From positions 128,001 through 192,000 of the forward strand of contig JBDRTG010000047.1 in assembly GCA_043824255.1 (NCBI GenBank): 64,000 nucleotides of DNA, given 5' to 3'. The stretch comes from a bacterium. Lineage in GTDB: Bacteria > JAHJDO01. The notes under the pieces were generated by a model that was not told the origin of the DNA, ran no database searches, and was given only the letters and a program-made list of their open reading frames with translations. Made by a program: the position numbers and the translations under genes. Position 1 is the stretch's first letter. The number at the start of each line of letters is the position of its first letter. Below, piece after piece: positions 8,801 to 18,564 of this stretch.

Positions 8801-11458
8801 TTATACATTTACCCCACAGCATTTTTTATATTTCTTTCCACTTCCACATGGACAGGGCTCATTACGCCCTATCTTTTTACCTTCTCTCTTGTATGGTTCC
8901 CTTGGAGCTTCTCCCTCAGGTTGATTTGTATGCATCTCCTGCTGCTGGGGGGGGGTGAGATGTCTCATATCCTTTGCATCTTCATGGCTAAGATGTTGAG
9001 ACGAAGCATCAAAAACTTCTTTCATATGAATTGTTTCATCTCCAACCTGAACCTTTAAAACATACTCAACGATTTCCTCTTCTATGCTCTCAATCATCTC
9101 GTAGAACATATTAAATCCTTCCCTCTTATATTCGACAAGGGGATCCTTCTGTCCGTAAGCCTGATAACCTATGCCTTCTCTAAGAGTGTCCATAGCATAG
9201 AGGAGATCCTTCCACTTTGTATCTATTACATGCAGCATTATTGCCTGCTCAGCCTGAGGTATAATTGCATTTCTCTTAGCTTTATAAGCCGCCTTAATCC
9301 TGCTAACCAAAGATTTTTTTAAATCCGGATATTCTATCTTAACAGGATCTACTTCATCCCTATTAAAAGAAAGCCCTGTACTCTGTCTAAGCCAAGCTGA
9401 AAGCCCGTCCAAATCCCATTCTTCAGGATGAATGTTTCCCGGGGTATAAATAGAAAGTCTTTTCTCTACAATTTCATTTATCATATCGGATACATAATCT
9501 TCTAACTTTTTACCTTCCAGCACCATATCTCTTTGTTGGTAAATTACCTCTCTTTGTTTATTCATTACATCGTCATACTTGAGCAGGTCTTTACGTATGT
9601 CAAAATTGCGGCCTTCAACTCTCTTTTGAGCATTCTCTATTGCTTTTGTTACCATTCTATGTTCTATTGGCTGCCCATCAGGCATGCCCATTCTTTCCAT
9701 AAGCCCCTTAATTCTGTCGGAACCGAAAATTCGCATAAGATCATCATCAAAAGACAGATAAAACCTTGAAGAGCCTGGATCTCCCTGTCTGCCTGCCCGT
9801 CCCCGAAGCTGATTATCTATACGCCTTGACTCATGGCGCTCTGTGCCTAATATATGCAATCCTCCGCGATCCGCTATGCCATCTCCCAAAACAATATCAG
9901 TTCCCCTGCCAGCCATGTTCGTTGCTATTGTCACAGATTTTTCCTGACCTGCTCTCTCTATTATCTTTGCCTCCTGTTCATGATATTTGGCATTTAAAAC
10001 CTCATGAGAAATCCCTTCTTTCTTAAGCATTTGATCTAAAACTTCTGACTTTTCTATGGATATTGTACCTACAAGTACAGGTCTTCCAAGCTTATAAAGC
10101 TCTTTAATCTCCTGTATTATGGCCTTGAATTTTTCCTTCTCTGTTTTATAAATCACATCCGGATAATTAGTTCTCTTAAGGACTTTGTTTGGTGGTATTA
10201 CAACTACCTCTAAATTATATATCTTGTGGAATTCCACAGCCTCAGTCTCTGCCGTTCCGGTCATTCCAGCCAGCTTCTTATACATTCTGAAATAATTTTG
10301 GAATGTTACTGTTGCAAGTGTTTGGCTTTCCTGTTCTATCTTCACTCTCTCTTTTGCCTCAAGCGCCTGATGCAAGCCGTCCGAATAACGCCTTCCGGGC
10401 ATAATTCTGCCAGTGAACTCATCTACAATAATCACCTGACCATCTTTCACCATATAGTCCTTATCCCGCTGGAAATTGCAATGCGCTTTAAGCATTTGTT
10501 CGGCATGATGTTTATATTCCATGGTCTCAAGAGTGTGAAGGTCTTCTAAACCCAGTAGTTTGGCTACTTTCATTTCCCCTTCTTCAGTAAGATATGTAGT
10601 ATGAGCTTTTTCATCCTTTACATAGTCTCCTGTTTCCTGCTTGGTTTCCTCATTGCGTATTCCTTCTTTAAGCCGGAGGAAAATTTGTTCCAGTTTATAA
10701 TATTTATCCGTAGATTCCTCAGCTGGTCCGGAGATAATTAATGGGGTGCGAGCCTCATCTATTAAAATGCTGTCTACTTCATCAACAACAGCATAATTAA
10801 GTCCCCTTTGAACTTTATCCTCTTTTCTTACAACCATATTATCTCTTAAATAATCAAACCCAAATTCATTATTTGTTCCGTAAGTAACGTCAGCTCCATA
10901 AGCAACTTGCCTCTCTGGAGGATTCATATCATGCTGAATGAAACCCACAGACAATCCCAGAAACTTATATACCTCTCCCATCCAGGCTGCATCTCTTTTT
11001 GCCAGAAAGTCATTCACCGTTACTATATGAACTCCTTTCCCAGAAAGCGCATTTAAATATGCAGACAGTGTTGCAACAAGCGTCTTTCCCTCCCCTGTTG
11101 CCATCTCCGCAATCTTACCCCCGTGAAGTACTACCCCTCCTATAAGCTGCACATCAAAGTGCGGTCCAAACCTTCGCTGGTTTGGGTCTCCAAAAAGTTT
11201 CTCTGCAATCTCCGGGTTGGAAAAGACGCGTTTTGCCGACTCTTTTGCTACTGCAAATGCTTCCGGAAGAATATCGTCTTCAGTTTCACCCTTTTCCAGG
11301 CGGCTCCTGAACTCATCAGTTTTAGCACGTAGCTCGGAATCAGATAGATTCTGATATTCCTCCCAGAACTGGTTTATAGCACCTGCATACTTCCACAGCC
11401 TTTTAAGCTCACGGTCATTCTTAGTGCCAAAAATCTTACGAAGAACATAGCTGAACAT
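8801..11458 (-). CDS. secA: Preprotein translocase ATPase SecA
   Basis: [39 protein letters not shown] and [18 protein letters not shown] motifs; C-terminal [17 protein letters not shown]. Confidence 0.99.
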   Translation of the reverse strand: MFSYVLRKIFGTKNDRELKRLWKYAGAINQFWEEYQNLSDSELRAKTDEFRSRLEKGETEDDILPEAFAVAKESAKRVFSNPEIAEKLFGDPNQRRFGPHFDVQLIGGVVLHGGKIAEMATGEGKTLVATLSAYLNALSGKGVHIVTVNDFLAKRDAAWMGEVYKFLGLSVGFIQHDMNPPERQVAYGADVTYGTNNEFGFDYLRDNMVVRKEDKVQRGLNYAVVDEVDSILIDEARTPLIISGPAEESTDKYYKLEQIFLRLKEGIRNEETKQETGDYVKDEKAHTTYLTEEGEMKVAKLLGLEDLHTLETMEYKHHAEQMLKAHCNFQRDKDYMVKDGQVIIVDEFTGRIMPGRRYSDGLHQALEAKERVKIEQESQTLATVTFQNYFRMYKKLAGMTGTAETEAVEFHKIYNLEVVVIPPNKVLKRTNYPDVIYKTEKEKFKAIIQEIKELYKLGRPVLVGTISIEKSEVLDQMLKKEGISHEVLNAKYHEQEAKIIERAGQEKSVTIATNMAGRGTDIVLGDGIADRGGLHILGTERHESRRIDNQLRGRAGRQGDPGSSRFYLSFDDDLMRIFGSDRIKGLMERMGMPDGQPIEHRMVTKAIENAQKRVEGRNFDIRKDLLKYDDVMNKQREVIYQQRDMVLEGKKLEDYVSDMINEIVEKRLSIYTPGNIHPEEWDLDGLSAWLRQSTGLSFNRDEVDPVKIEYPDLKKSLVSRIKAAYKAKRNAIIPQAEQAIMLHVIDTKWKDLLYAMDTLREGIGYQAYGQKDPLVEYKREGFNMFYEMIESIEEEIVEYVLKVQVGDETIHMKEVFDASSQHLSHEDAKDMRHLTPPQQQEMHTNQPEGEAPREPYKREGKKIGRNEPCPCGSGKKYKKCCGVNV

Positions 11459-11487
11459 TTTATTCCTGTGTTAACACTTTGTTAGTT

Positions 11488-11564
11488 TGGTCGGGGCGAC
11501 TGGATTCGAACCAGCGACCTCTTGAACCCCATTCAAGCGCGCTACCAAGCTGCGCCACGCCCCG
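11488..11564 (-). tRNA. tRNA-Pro(GGG)
   Basis: Reverse complement CGGGGCGTGGCGCAGCTTGGTAGCGCG CTTGA-ATGGGGT-TCAAG ...GGTTCGAATCC...CCCCGACCA; 77 nt; CCA encoded. Confidence 0.97.
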
Positions 11565-11569
11565 GTTGA

Positions 11570-11911
11570 TTATCTATTCAAAATAGCTCGTATATCAGTA
11601 AGCTCTTTCTTGATATCTCTTATTATATTAACTAGTTCCTGGTCGTGCGGCTTCTTTAAGCCGTTCTTTGGCGCTTCAAGTTGTTTCTTTGCGCCATCTC
11701 TTGTATATAAATCTTCCCACAGAAGCTTTTTTATTTGAAGTATAAGCTCAATATCCTTTTTGGCATAACTCCTTTTACCGTCGCCATCCTTTTTAGGTTT
11801 TAACTGCTTAAATTCTCCTTCCCAGTCACGCAGCACATACGGCTCCACTTTTGCAAGTCTGCTTACCTCGCCTATTGAGAAAAAGAGCTTATCAGGTATA
11901 TTGATTTCCAT
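11570..11911 (-). CDS. MerR-family HTH regulator (the type usually found beside ihfA and tRNA-Pro)
   Basis: [12 protein letters not shown]...VLRDWE...KRSY; conserved position upstream of tRNA-Pro(GGG). Confidence 0.9.
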   Translation of the reverse strand: MEINIPDKLFFSIGEVSRLAKVEPYVLRDWEGEFKQLKPKKDGDGKRSYAKKDIELILQIKKLLWEDLYTRDGAKKQLEAPKNGLKKPHDQELVNIIRDIKKELTDIRAILNR

Positions 11912-11916
11912 ATTTC

Positions 11917-12912
11917 TTATTCTATTTCTGATTTTGCATCTCTTGTCATTAAATCCATAACTGCTTTTCGCGGATCCTTATTATTAAAAAGTACTTCGTG
12001 AATCTCAGTTGTTATTGGCATATCCACACTATATCTTTCTGAAAGAGAATAGGCTGACTGAGTTGTTTTTACGCCTTCTGAGACCATTGACATTGAATCA
12101 AGAATTTGACTAAGTGTCCTTCCCTTCGCAATCTGCTCCCCAACAAACCTGTTTCTGCTATGTTTACTTGTACAAGTTGTAATTAAATCACCTATGCCAC
12201 TTAGGCCAGAAAAGGTGTGGGGGTTTGCTCCCATTTTTACACCAAGCCTTTTGATCTCTGCCAATCCTCTGGTAAGCAAGGCAGACTTAGTATTATCTCC
12301 AAAACCAAGTCCATCAGAGATTCCAGCAGCTATAGCTATTATATTTTTTAGCGCACCGCCTAATTCAACGCCAATTACATCAGAATTTGTATATACTCTA
12401 AAATTCTCAGCCATAAAAATTGTTTGAACATGTTTTGCAACATCCATATCTTTCCCAGAAACCACAACTGTAGTCGGAATTCCTCTTACCACCTCTTCTG
12501 CATGAGACGGGCCTGAGAGAATAACAATATTGGTATTACTTGTCTCTTCTGCGATTATCTCTGACATCCTTTTTAACGTTTTATTTTCAATGCCTTTTGC
12601 AACACTTAGTTTTACAACTCCTTCCGGAACATGAGAACTTTTTGCAACCTTTCTCATCACATGAGAAGGCACGGCATAAACTACTAAAGAGGCATCTGAT
12701 ATGGCTTCATCTATTTTGGATGTTATATAAATTTCAGCAGGTATATCTATTCCTGGCAGAAACTTTGGATTCTTTCTCTGTTTAAGGAGAACCTCTGCAT
12801 AATCAGGAAATGCCTCCCATAGCGAAACCTCAAACCTCTTTTTATAAAGATGAATAGCTAATGTTGTTCCCCATCCACCAGCTCCAAGCACACAGATTTT
12901 TTTATTATTCAT
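11917..12912 (-). CDS. gpsA: NAD(P)H-dependent glycerol-3-phosphate dehydrogenase
   Basis: GAGGWGT, SGPSHAEEV, GALKNIIAIAAG and GDLITTCTSKHSRN motifs; der-plsY-gpsA synteny. Confidence 0.97.
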   Translation of the reverse strand: MNNKKICVLGAGGWGTTLAIHLYKKRFEVSLWEAFPDYAEVLLKQRKNPKFLPGIDIPAEIYITSKIDEAISDASLVVYAVPSHVMRKVAKSSHVPEGVVKLSVAKGIENKTLKRMSEIIAEETSNTNIVILSGPSHAEEVVRGIPTTVVVSGKDMDVAKHVQTIFMAENFRVYTNSDVIGVELGGALKNIIAIAAGISDGLGFGDNTKSALLTRGLAEIKRLGVKMGANPHTFSGLSGIGDLITTCTSKHSRNRFVGEQIAKGRTLSQILDSMSMVSEGVKTTQSAYSLSERYSVDMPITTEIHEVLFNNKDPRKAVMDLMTRDAKSEIE

Positions 12913-12936
12913 AATAGATTAAATACTAACAAAGCA

Positions 12937-13578
12937 CTATGTTTTATGCAAGTTTTTTACTTTTTTGCCAATCTTGTTTTCCGTTCCATGCAAAAGTCTT
13001 TCTATATTGCCTTTGTGTCTTATAACAACAAACACTGCTGCAATTATTCCAAAAAGAAGATTCCAAATCCTGAAATTAAAAACACCTATAAAAATAGGTA
13101 AGCTTATTGCAGCTATTATAGATGAGAACGAGACATATCGTGTAATTAAAGCGCATATTCCCCATACTGCAACGCATAACAGTATAGGAATTGGTGCTAT
13201 AGCGAGAAATACACCTGCGCTTGTCGCAACTCCTTTGCCTCCTTTAAAATCTAAAAATATAGTCCAATTATGACCTATTATTGCACTTGTTCCCGCTATT
13301 ATTTGAAACAAATTATAAAACTGATCTGAACAACCTCTATGAAAATATGTTGCTATTATACTTGCACAAATCAGGCCTTTGGCAATATCAATAATCAGTG
13401 TTATAATTCCAGGAATAATTCCAAGCACTCTAAATACATTAGTTGCTCCCACATTCCCGCTGCCAAACTCTCTAACATCAATCTTCTTTGTTAATTTCCC
13501 AATTATAAAACCTGTTGGAATTGCCCCTAAAAGATAACTTACTGCAATCATTGCCATGATCTTTAATATAATTGTCAT
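12937..13578 (-). CDS. plsY: Glycerol-3-phosphate acyltransferase PlsY
   Basis: GSGNVGATN, GHNW...FKGGKGVATS and RHKGNIERL motifs. Confidence 0.97.
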   Translation of the reverse strand: MTIILKIMAMIAVSYLLGAIPTGFIIGKLTKKIDVREFGSGNVGATNVFRVLGIIPGIITLIIDIAKGLICASIIATYFHRGCSDQFYNLFQIIAGTSAIIGHNWTIFLDFKGGKGVATSAGVFLAIAPIPILLCVAVWGICALITRYVSFSSIIAAISLPIFIGVFNFRIWNLLFGIIAAVFVVIRHKGNIERLLHGTENKIGKKVKNLHKT

Positions 13579-14897
13579 GTTGTTTCCTTTATTTTGAATC
13601 TTATTGGAACACCTTTAAATCCAAAATCATTATACAGATTATTTTTCAGATAGTTTAAATAGTCTGCCATAATCAAATTTCTATTGTTAACAAATAAAGC
13701 AAATGTAGGCGGGCAGGTTGATACTTGAGTTATATATTTTATTTTCAACTGCTTACTGGATGTAGAAGAGAACGGCCTGCGTTTTTTCGCATCTTCCAAC
13801 ATCTTGTTAAGCACTGCAGTATTTATGCGTTCTGTATAATATTTATGTACATTAAAGGCCATGTCCATGACCGTAAATATCTTTTCTTTTTTCAATGCGG
13901 ATATAAAAACTACTGGTACAAAATTAAGAAACTTTAAACTAGCTCTAAACTGTTTGAGCCATATTTCCTTATCAATACCCAGCTTTTTTGATAGATCAGC
14001 TTTATTAATTGCTATTATTAAGCCCTTCCCATGTTCACAGACAAAAGAGGCTATTTTTTTATCCTCCCGCGTTGGTCCTTTGGTTATATCTATAATTAAG
14101 ATCGCTATATCGGATAGTTGTATAGCTTTTTGTGCTCTTATTACACTATACCTTTCAATATCTGTTTTTAGCTTGTTTCTCGCCCTAATACCTGCTGTAT
14201 CAACTAATACAAAACTTGTGTTTTTGTACTTTAGAAAGCTATCTACAGCATCCCTTGTTGTACCAGGCTCCTCGTCTACTATAAGTCTCTTATCGCCTAG
14301 TATTGCATTTACATAGGAAGACTTTCCAACATTTGGCCCCCCAACAATAGCTATTCTTATCTCATCGGATGATGCTGCATTTTCCCTATCAGAAAAATCC
14401 TCTGTCACCTTATCTAATAAAGTATTAATATTTAAACCGTGAGATGCTGAAATTGGCAAAAGTTCATCAGTGCCAAACTGATAGAAATCATAAATGTCAT
14501 TAGTCTTCGCTTCAGTGTCTACCTTATTAACAACTACAATATATTTCTTATCTGTCCTTCGAATTTTATCTATAATCTCTTTATCTACTGGAAGAACACC
14601 TGTCTTGGCATCAACCATGAAAATTATAAAATCTGCCTGAACAATAGCTATATCAACTTGAGCTCTAATCTGCGCAGATATATTATCCATGCTCTCGAAA
14701 TTCAGGCCTCCAGTATCTATAATCTCAAAGCTTTTACCTCCCCATAGACCAGTTCCATAAATTCTATCCCGTGTTAGGCCGGAAAAGGAGTCTACTATAC
14801 TTTTTCTTTGTCCAATTATCCTGTTGAAAAGCGTTGATTTGCCGACATTGGGACGGCCTAGAATTGCTACAATAGGGTTATGCTTTTCTCGCACCAT
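13575..14897 (-). CDS. der: Ribosome biogenesis GTPase Der (EngA)
   Basis: Two GTPase domains (GRPNVGKS/DTGG and GGPNVGKS/DTAG) plus a KH-like C-terminus. Confidence 0.97.
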   Translation of the reverse strand: MVREKHNPIVAILGRPNVGKSTLFNRIIGQRKSIVDSFSGLTRDRIYGTGLWGGKSFEIIDTGGLNFESMDNISAQIRAQVDIAIVQADFIIFMVDAKTGVLPVDKEIIDKIRRTDKKYIVVVNKVDTEAKTNDIYDFYQFGTDELLPISASHGLNINTLLDKVTEDFSDRENAASSDEIRIAIVGGPNVGKSSYVNAILGDKRLIVDEEPGTTRDAVDSFLKYKNTSFVLVDTAGIRARNKLKTDIERYSVIRAQKAIQLSDIAILIIDITKGPTREDKKIASFVCEHGKGLIIAINKADLSKKLGIDKEIWLKQFRASLKFLNFVPVVFISALKKEKIFTVMDMAFNVHKYYTERINTAVLNKMLEDAKKRRPFSSTSSKQLKIKYITQVSTCPPTFALFVNNRNLIMADYLNYLKNNLYNDFGFKGVPIRFKIKETT

Positions 14898-15423
14898 TTA
14901 AGAGCTTCACTCCATATATCATATAATTAACCCCTGATGTCACTGTAAAAACCACTGTTATCCACACAATTGGATCAACAAAAAGCACTGAAGGAACTCT
15001 TATATTTAACAGGGTATAAATAATTGTGAAAATTTGCAAAAAAGTAGTACACTTGCTTATTTTTGAGGGCTTGGGCTCAAGACCTCCTAAAGCAACGTAA
15101 AGTATTAAAAAACCTGATATGATAACTACGTCACGCACAATGACTACGATTGTAAGAAAAGCAGGAATGCTCTTATCCAGCGTTAGCATGATAAAAGCTG
15201 TTATAAGAAGTATCTTATCTGCTATTGGATCAACATGTTTGCCGAATTTAGACACTTGATCTCTCTTGCGGGCAATTAAGCCATCTATGGCATCTGTTAT
15301 ACCAGCAATAAAAAATATGCCTAGAGCTATGAGTCTGGTTTCTGGTGTTCCTTTGTGTAGAAAAACAGCAAAGACAGGAACCAGTAATATCCTAAAAACA
15401 GTCAAAAAATTTGCTGTATCCAC
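14878..15423 (-). CDS. pgsA: CDP-alcohol phosphatidyltransferase (PgsA-like)
   Basis: DAIDGLIARKRDQVSKFGKHVDPIADK signature; GTG start. Confidence 0.85.
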   Translation of the reverse strand: MDTANFLTVFRILLVPVFAVFLHKGTPETRLIALGIFFIAGITDAIDGLIARKRDQVSKFGKHVDPIADKILLITAFIMLTLDKSIPAFLTIVVIVRDVVIISGFLILYVALGGLEPKPSKISKCTTFLQIFTIIYTLLNIRVPSVLFVDPIVWITVVFTVTSGVNYMIYGVKLLNGARKA

Positions 15424-15460
15424 GAATAAAATCCTTATAACAACTTCATAACAATAAGAA

Positions 15461-15489
15461 ATAATAGAAGTTTAGACTGCAGAGGTCAA
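15461..15489 (-). promoter_or_regulatory. Sigma70 promoter of the pgsA-der-plsY-gpsA operon
   Basis: Minus strand TTGACC-17 bp-TATTAT. Confidence 0.55.
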
Positions 15490-15506
15490 GAGTTTTAATG
15501 CTTGAC

Positions 15507-16442
15507 TTATTGAACCTTTGTCCCGCATTTTGGACAAAACTTAGTTCCTGGCTTGAGAGACGCGCTACATTTCGAACATGTTATGCCCTGAATTTTCTTT
15601 CCGCATTCCGGACAGAATACTGCACCAGGAGACACTTCTGCATTACAATATGGACACTCTTCAAGAGCAGCCTGTGGAATTTCTGCGCCACAACTCGGGC
15701 AGAATTTTGTTCCTTCCTTGGCCTTAGTTCCGCACTTGGGACAACTAACCATCACAGTGCCAGCATCCAGCAAATTCTGACAATGCGCCTGAACCTTTAC
15801 AACAATATCATCAATTGCCTTCTGCGTTGCCTCTCCCATAGGAGTCTTCTTAAAACCGCCAAAACTTACTCCAAGACTTTTTGCACCAGGAAGAGGTATA
15901 GCAGCTCCCAGGCTTAGCCCCCTTCTTTTTGCCTCTCCCCTAAACCTGAGTGTTTGCATTTCTGAAGTCTCAGCATTTACAATCTTTATTATTCCGGCAA
16001 CTATTGCAGTTTTAGTATCTCCACCAATAGAATACCCTCCAAAGCTCACTCCTCCACCCATGCCCTTCTGTGAATACTCGAACACTGTAATCACTCCATT
16101 AAGAATTATCTGTGCTCCTTTAATCTTTCCAATTTTTGCCTTTGTTTTTTTGCTTACTCTTCCGCTTGCCCCAAGATCCTGCTCACTAATTATATCCTGC
16201 ACATCTATTCTGCTCATAACAGAAAACCGTCCAGTCTCTGTTAGGGCACTTTCCAGCATATCAGCCATTCCAGTTCCCATGTTTAACTCAGATTTCCTCC
16301 AATAATCAGTTCCTGGAGCATCTTTTGCAGTGAATTTACTTACGGCCACACGCACCTTTTCCGCATACACAGGGCTTGAAAACGAGACAGCAACAAACAA
16401 TAAAGCCAAGATAACAACTAATGACTTCTCTATGCACTTCAT
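15507..16442 (-). CDS. Exported CsgG/HfaB-family protein with C-terminal zinc-ribbon repeats
   Basis: Signal peptide ending VYA; GMADMLESAL..TGRFSVMSR..EQDLGASGR..GAQIILNGVIT; six CxxC motifs; GGAGG RBS. Confidence 0.8.
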   Translation of the reverse strand: MKCIEKSLVVILALLFVAVSFSSPVYAEKVRVAVSKFTAKDAPGTDYWRKSELNMGTGMADMLESALTETGRFSVMSRIDVQDIISEQDLGASGRVSKKTKAKIGKIKGAQIILNGVITVFEYSQKGMGGGVSFGGYSIGGDTKTAIVAGIIKIVNAETSEMQTLRFRGEAKRRGLSLGAAIPLPGAKSLGVSFGGFKKTPMGEATQKAIDDIVVKVQAHCQNLLDAGTVMVSCPKCGTKAKEGTKFCPSCGAEIPQAALEECPYCNAEVSPGAVFCPECGKKIQGITCSKCSASLKPGTKFCPKCGTKVQ

Positions 16443-16493
16443 ACCAAAATTCCTCCTTTTTTATCTATTAATATTATAGATTATATATAATTA

Positions 16494-16523
16494 TATATAA
16501 CATTGCATCATGATTTTTGTCAA
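16494..16523 (-). promoter_or_regulatory. Sigma70 promoter of the CsgG-like gene, overlapping a 20-bp palindrome (16481-16500)
   Basis: Minus strand TTGACA-18 bp-TATATA with a TG extension. Confidence 0.5.
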
Positions 16524-16603
16524 GCCACTGTTATGGCAAAATGGACAAAATAAATTGACTACGGATATATCTTATGATAGCCTTGCGTTAAAGAACTAAA
16601 CAG

Positions 16604-16687
16604 TACCGGGAGCGAGATTTGAACTCGCACAGGATTTCTCCCACTAGCCCCTCAAGCTAGCGTGTCTGCCAATTTCACCATCCCGGC
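16604..16687 (-). tRNA. tRNA-Leu(GAG)
   Basis: Reverse complement GCCGGGATGGTGAAATTGGCAGACACG CTAGC-TTGAGGG-GCTAG, long variable arm, GAGTTCAAATCTC, TCCCGGTA; CCA not encoded. Confidence 0.95.
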
Positions 16688-16710
16688 GGGAACATCTTGA
16701 ACCTCCGTGT

Positions 16711-16738
16711 ATAATAGCAAATTTTTGTTTGATGTCAA
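16711..16738 (-). promoter_or_regulatory. Sigma70 promoter of tRNA-Leu
   Basis: Minus strand TTGACA-16 bp-TATTAT. Confidence 0.55.
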
Positions 16739-16756
16739 AAAGAATTCAGGTAGTTT

Positions 16757-17398
16757 ATGCTTAAGGTTAATGAAATTTTTAAAAGCATTCAGGGCGAGGG
16801 AAGCTTTGCCGGCAGATTATGTAGTTTCATAAGGCTTACGGGTTGCAATCTCAGATGTATTTACTGTGACACAAAGTATGCTTACAAAAAAGGAGATTAT
16901 TTATCTATAGAAGAAATTATCCAAAGAGTAAAGACATTGGGTCAGAATCTGGTAGAACTTACAGGGGGAGAGCCTCTTTTGCAAAAAGAAACCACTGAGT
17001 TGATTGACACCCTAATCAAACAAAAATATATTGTCTTAATTGAAACAAATGGCACTATCAGCATTAAAAATATAAATCAATACGCAATAATAATACTTGA
17101 TTTGAAATGTCCGGGAAGCAAAATGAGCGCTAATATGCTGTGGGAAAATATTGAGTATTTAAGGAAAAAAGATGAGGTTAAGTTTGTAATAGGCGATAGA
17201 AAGGATTATGGTTGGGCAAAGGCCATAGTGGAAAAATACAATCTTGCTCAACGAGTAAGCAGTGTTCATTTTTCACCTGTTTATGGTAAACTGGTTACCA
17301 AAGAACTCGCTGAATGGATTTGCTGTGATAATCTGGATGTTAGAATACAGCTTCAACTCCATAAGTATATATGGGGACCAGATATAAGAGGTGTTTAG
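16757..17398 (+). CDS. queE: 7-carboxy-7-deazaguanine synthase (radical SAM)
   Basis: EIFKSIQGEG, CNLRCIYCDT, TGGEPL and QLHKYIW motifs; adjacent to queC. Confidence 0.95.
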   Translation: MLKVNEIFKSIQGEGSFAGRLCSFIRLTGCNLRCIYCDTKYAYKKGDYLSIEEIIQRVKTLGQNLVELTGGEPLLQKETTELIDTLIKQKYIVLIETNGTISIKNINQYAIIILDLKCPGSKMSANMLWENIEYLRKKDEVKFVIGDRKDYGWAKAIVEKYNLAQRVSSVHFSPVYGKLVTKELAEWICCDNLDVRIQLQLHKYIWGPDIRGV

Positions 17399-18070
17399 AT
17401 GAAAAGGGCTGTAATTCTCAGTAGCGGAGGGATTGATTCAACAACTTCAATGGCTATTGCTAAAGCAGAAAACTACGAGTTGTACTCATTAACTCTTGAT
17501 TATGGACAGCGTCACAAGATTGAGATTAAAAGCGCTAAAAAAGTTGCTAGTTCTTTTTGTGTCAAGGAACACAAAATTATAGTAATAGGTCTAGGGGAAA
17601 TTGGGGGATCAGCATTAACAGATAATATAGATGTTCCAACAGATAACACATCAGACAAAATACCTGTTACGTATGTTCCAGCGAGAAATACTATATTCCT
17701 TTCTATCGCATTGGCCTGGGCAGAGGTTGTTGAAGCAAACGATATATTTATTGGGGCAAATGCAGTTGACTATAGTGGTTATCCGGACTGTAGACCAGAG
17801 TACTTAGAGGCATTTGAAAACCTAGCAAATCTCGGGACTAAAGCTGGCATTAAAGGGGAAAAAATAAAGATTCATGTGCCTTTACTCAGAATGTCTAAAG
17901 CAGAAATTATAAAAAAAGGCATTGAATTAGGAATTGATTATTCCATAACCTGGAGCTGTTATAATCCACGTACTGGCAGTAAAGCGTGCGGAAAATGCGA
18001 CAGCTGTAAATTTAGATTAAAGGGATTTAGGGAAGCTGGTTATAAAGATCCTATACAATATTCCACATAG
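17399..18070 (+). CDS. queC: 7-cyano-7-deazaguanine synthase
   Basis: [27 protein letters not shown] and TWSCY..CGKCDSC motifs. Confidence 0.97.
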   Translation: MKRAVILSSGGIDSTTSMAIAKAENYELYSLTLDYGQRHKIEIKSAKKVASSFCVKEHKIIVIGLGEIGGSALTDNIDVPTDNTSDKIPVTYVPARNTIFLSIALAWAEVVEANDIFIGANAVDYSGYPDCRPEYLEAFENLANLGTKAGIKGEKIKIHVPLLRMSKAEIIKKGIELGIDYSITWSCYNPRTGSKACGKCDSCKFRLKGFREAGYKDPIQYST

Positions 18071-18080
18071 GAGGAAACAA

Positions 18081-18503
18081 ATGCCTAAAGAACACATAGA
18101 TAAATTAACAATACTTGGCAAAAGCAAAATCAAATATCCCACTTCTCCCGATAAAGCCAAGCTGGAAACATTTGAGAACAAATATTCCAACAGAAATTAT
18201 TGGATTAGCTTTGAATGTCCTGAGTTTACATCAATATGTCCTGTTACTAGCCAACCGGATTTTGGCATAATAACAATCCGCTATATCCCTGATAAAAAGT
18301 GCATAGAAAGTAAGTCTTTGAAACTGTATTTATTCTCTTTTAGAAACTTTGCTACATTTCACGAAGAGGCTGTTAACAGAATTCTTGATGATATTGTAAG
18401 GGCATGTAATCCAAGAAAAGCCTTAGTTACCGGAAAGTTTCTTCCTCGCGGAGGAATTAGCATTCATATAGAAGCAAGCTATCCTGAAAAATCAAGCGAC
18501 TAG
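18081..18503 (+). CDS. queF: PreQ0 reductase, type I
   Basis: EFTSICPVTSQPDF, ESKSLKLYL, FHEE and PRGGI motifs. Confidence 0.96.
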   Translation: MPKEHIDKLTILGKSKIKYPTSPDKAKLETFENKYSNRNYWISFECPEFTSICPVTSQPDFGIITIRYIPDKKCIESKSLKLYLFSFRNFATFHEEAVNRILDDIVRACNPRKALVTGKFLPRGGISIHIEASYPEKSSD

Positions 18504-18564
18504 ATAATGTATGATGTTGTGTGTTAAAATGGATACAAGATTACGAAATGAGAGAAAATAGAAT

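Noticed and set aside
8947..8955. G9 homopolymer as a phase-variation tract
   Set aside because: It lies in the C-terminal linker of essential secA with the frame intact
16688..16756. PreQ1 riboswitch upstream of queE
   Set aside because: No recognisable preQ1 stem-loop plus A-rich tail; the region is explained by the tRNA-Leu promoter
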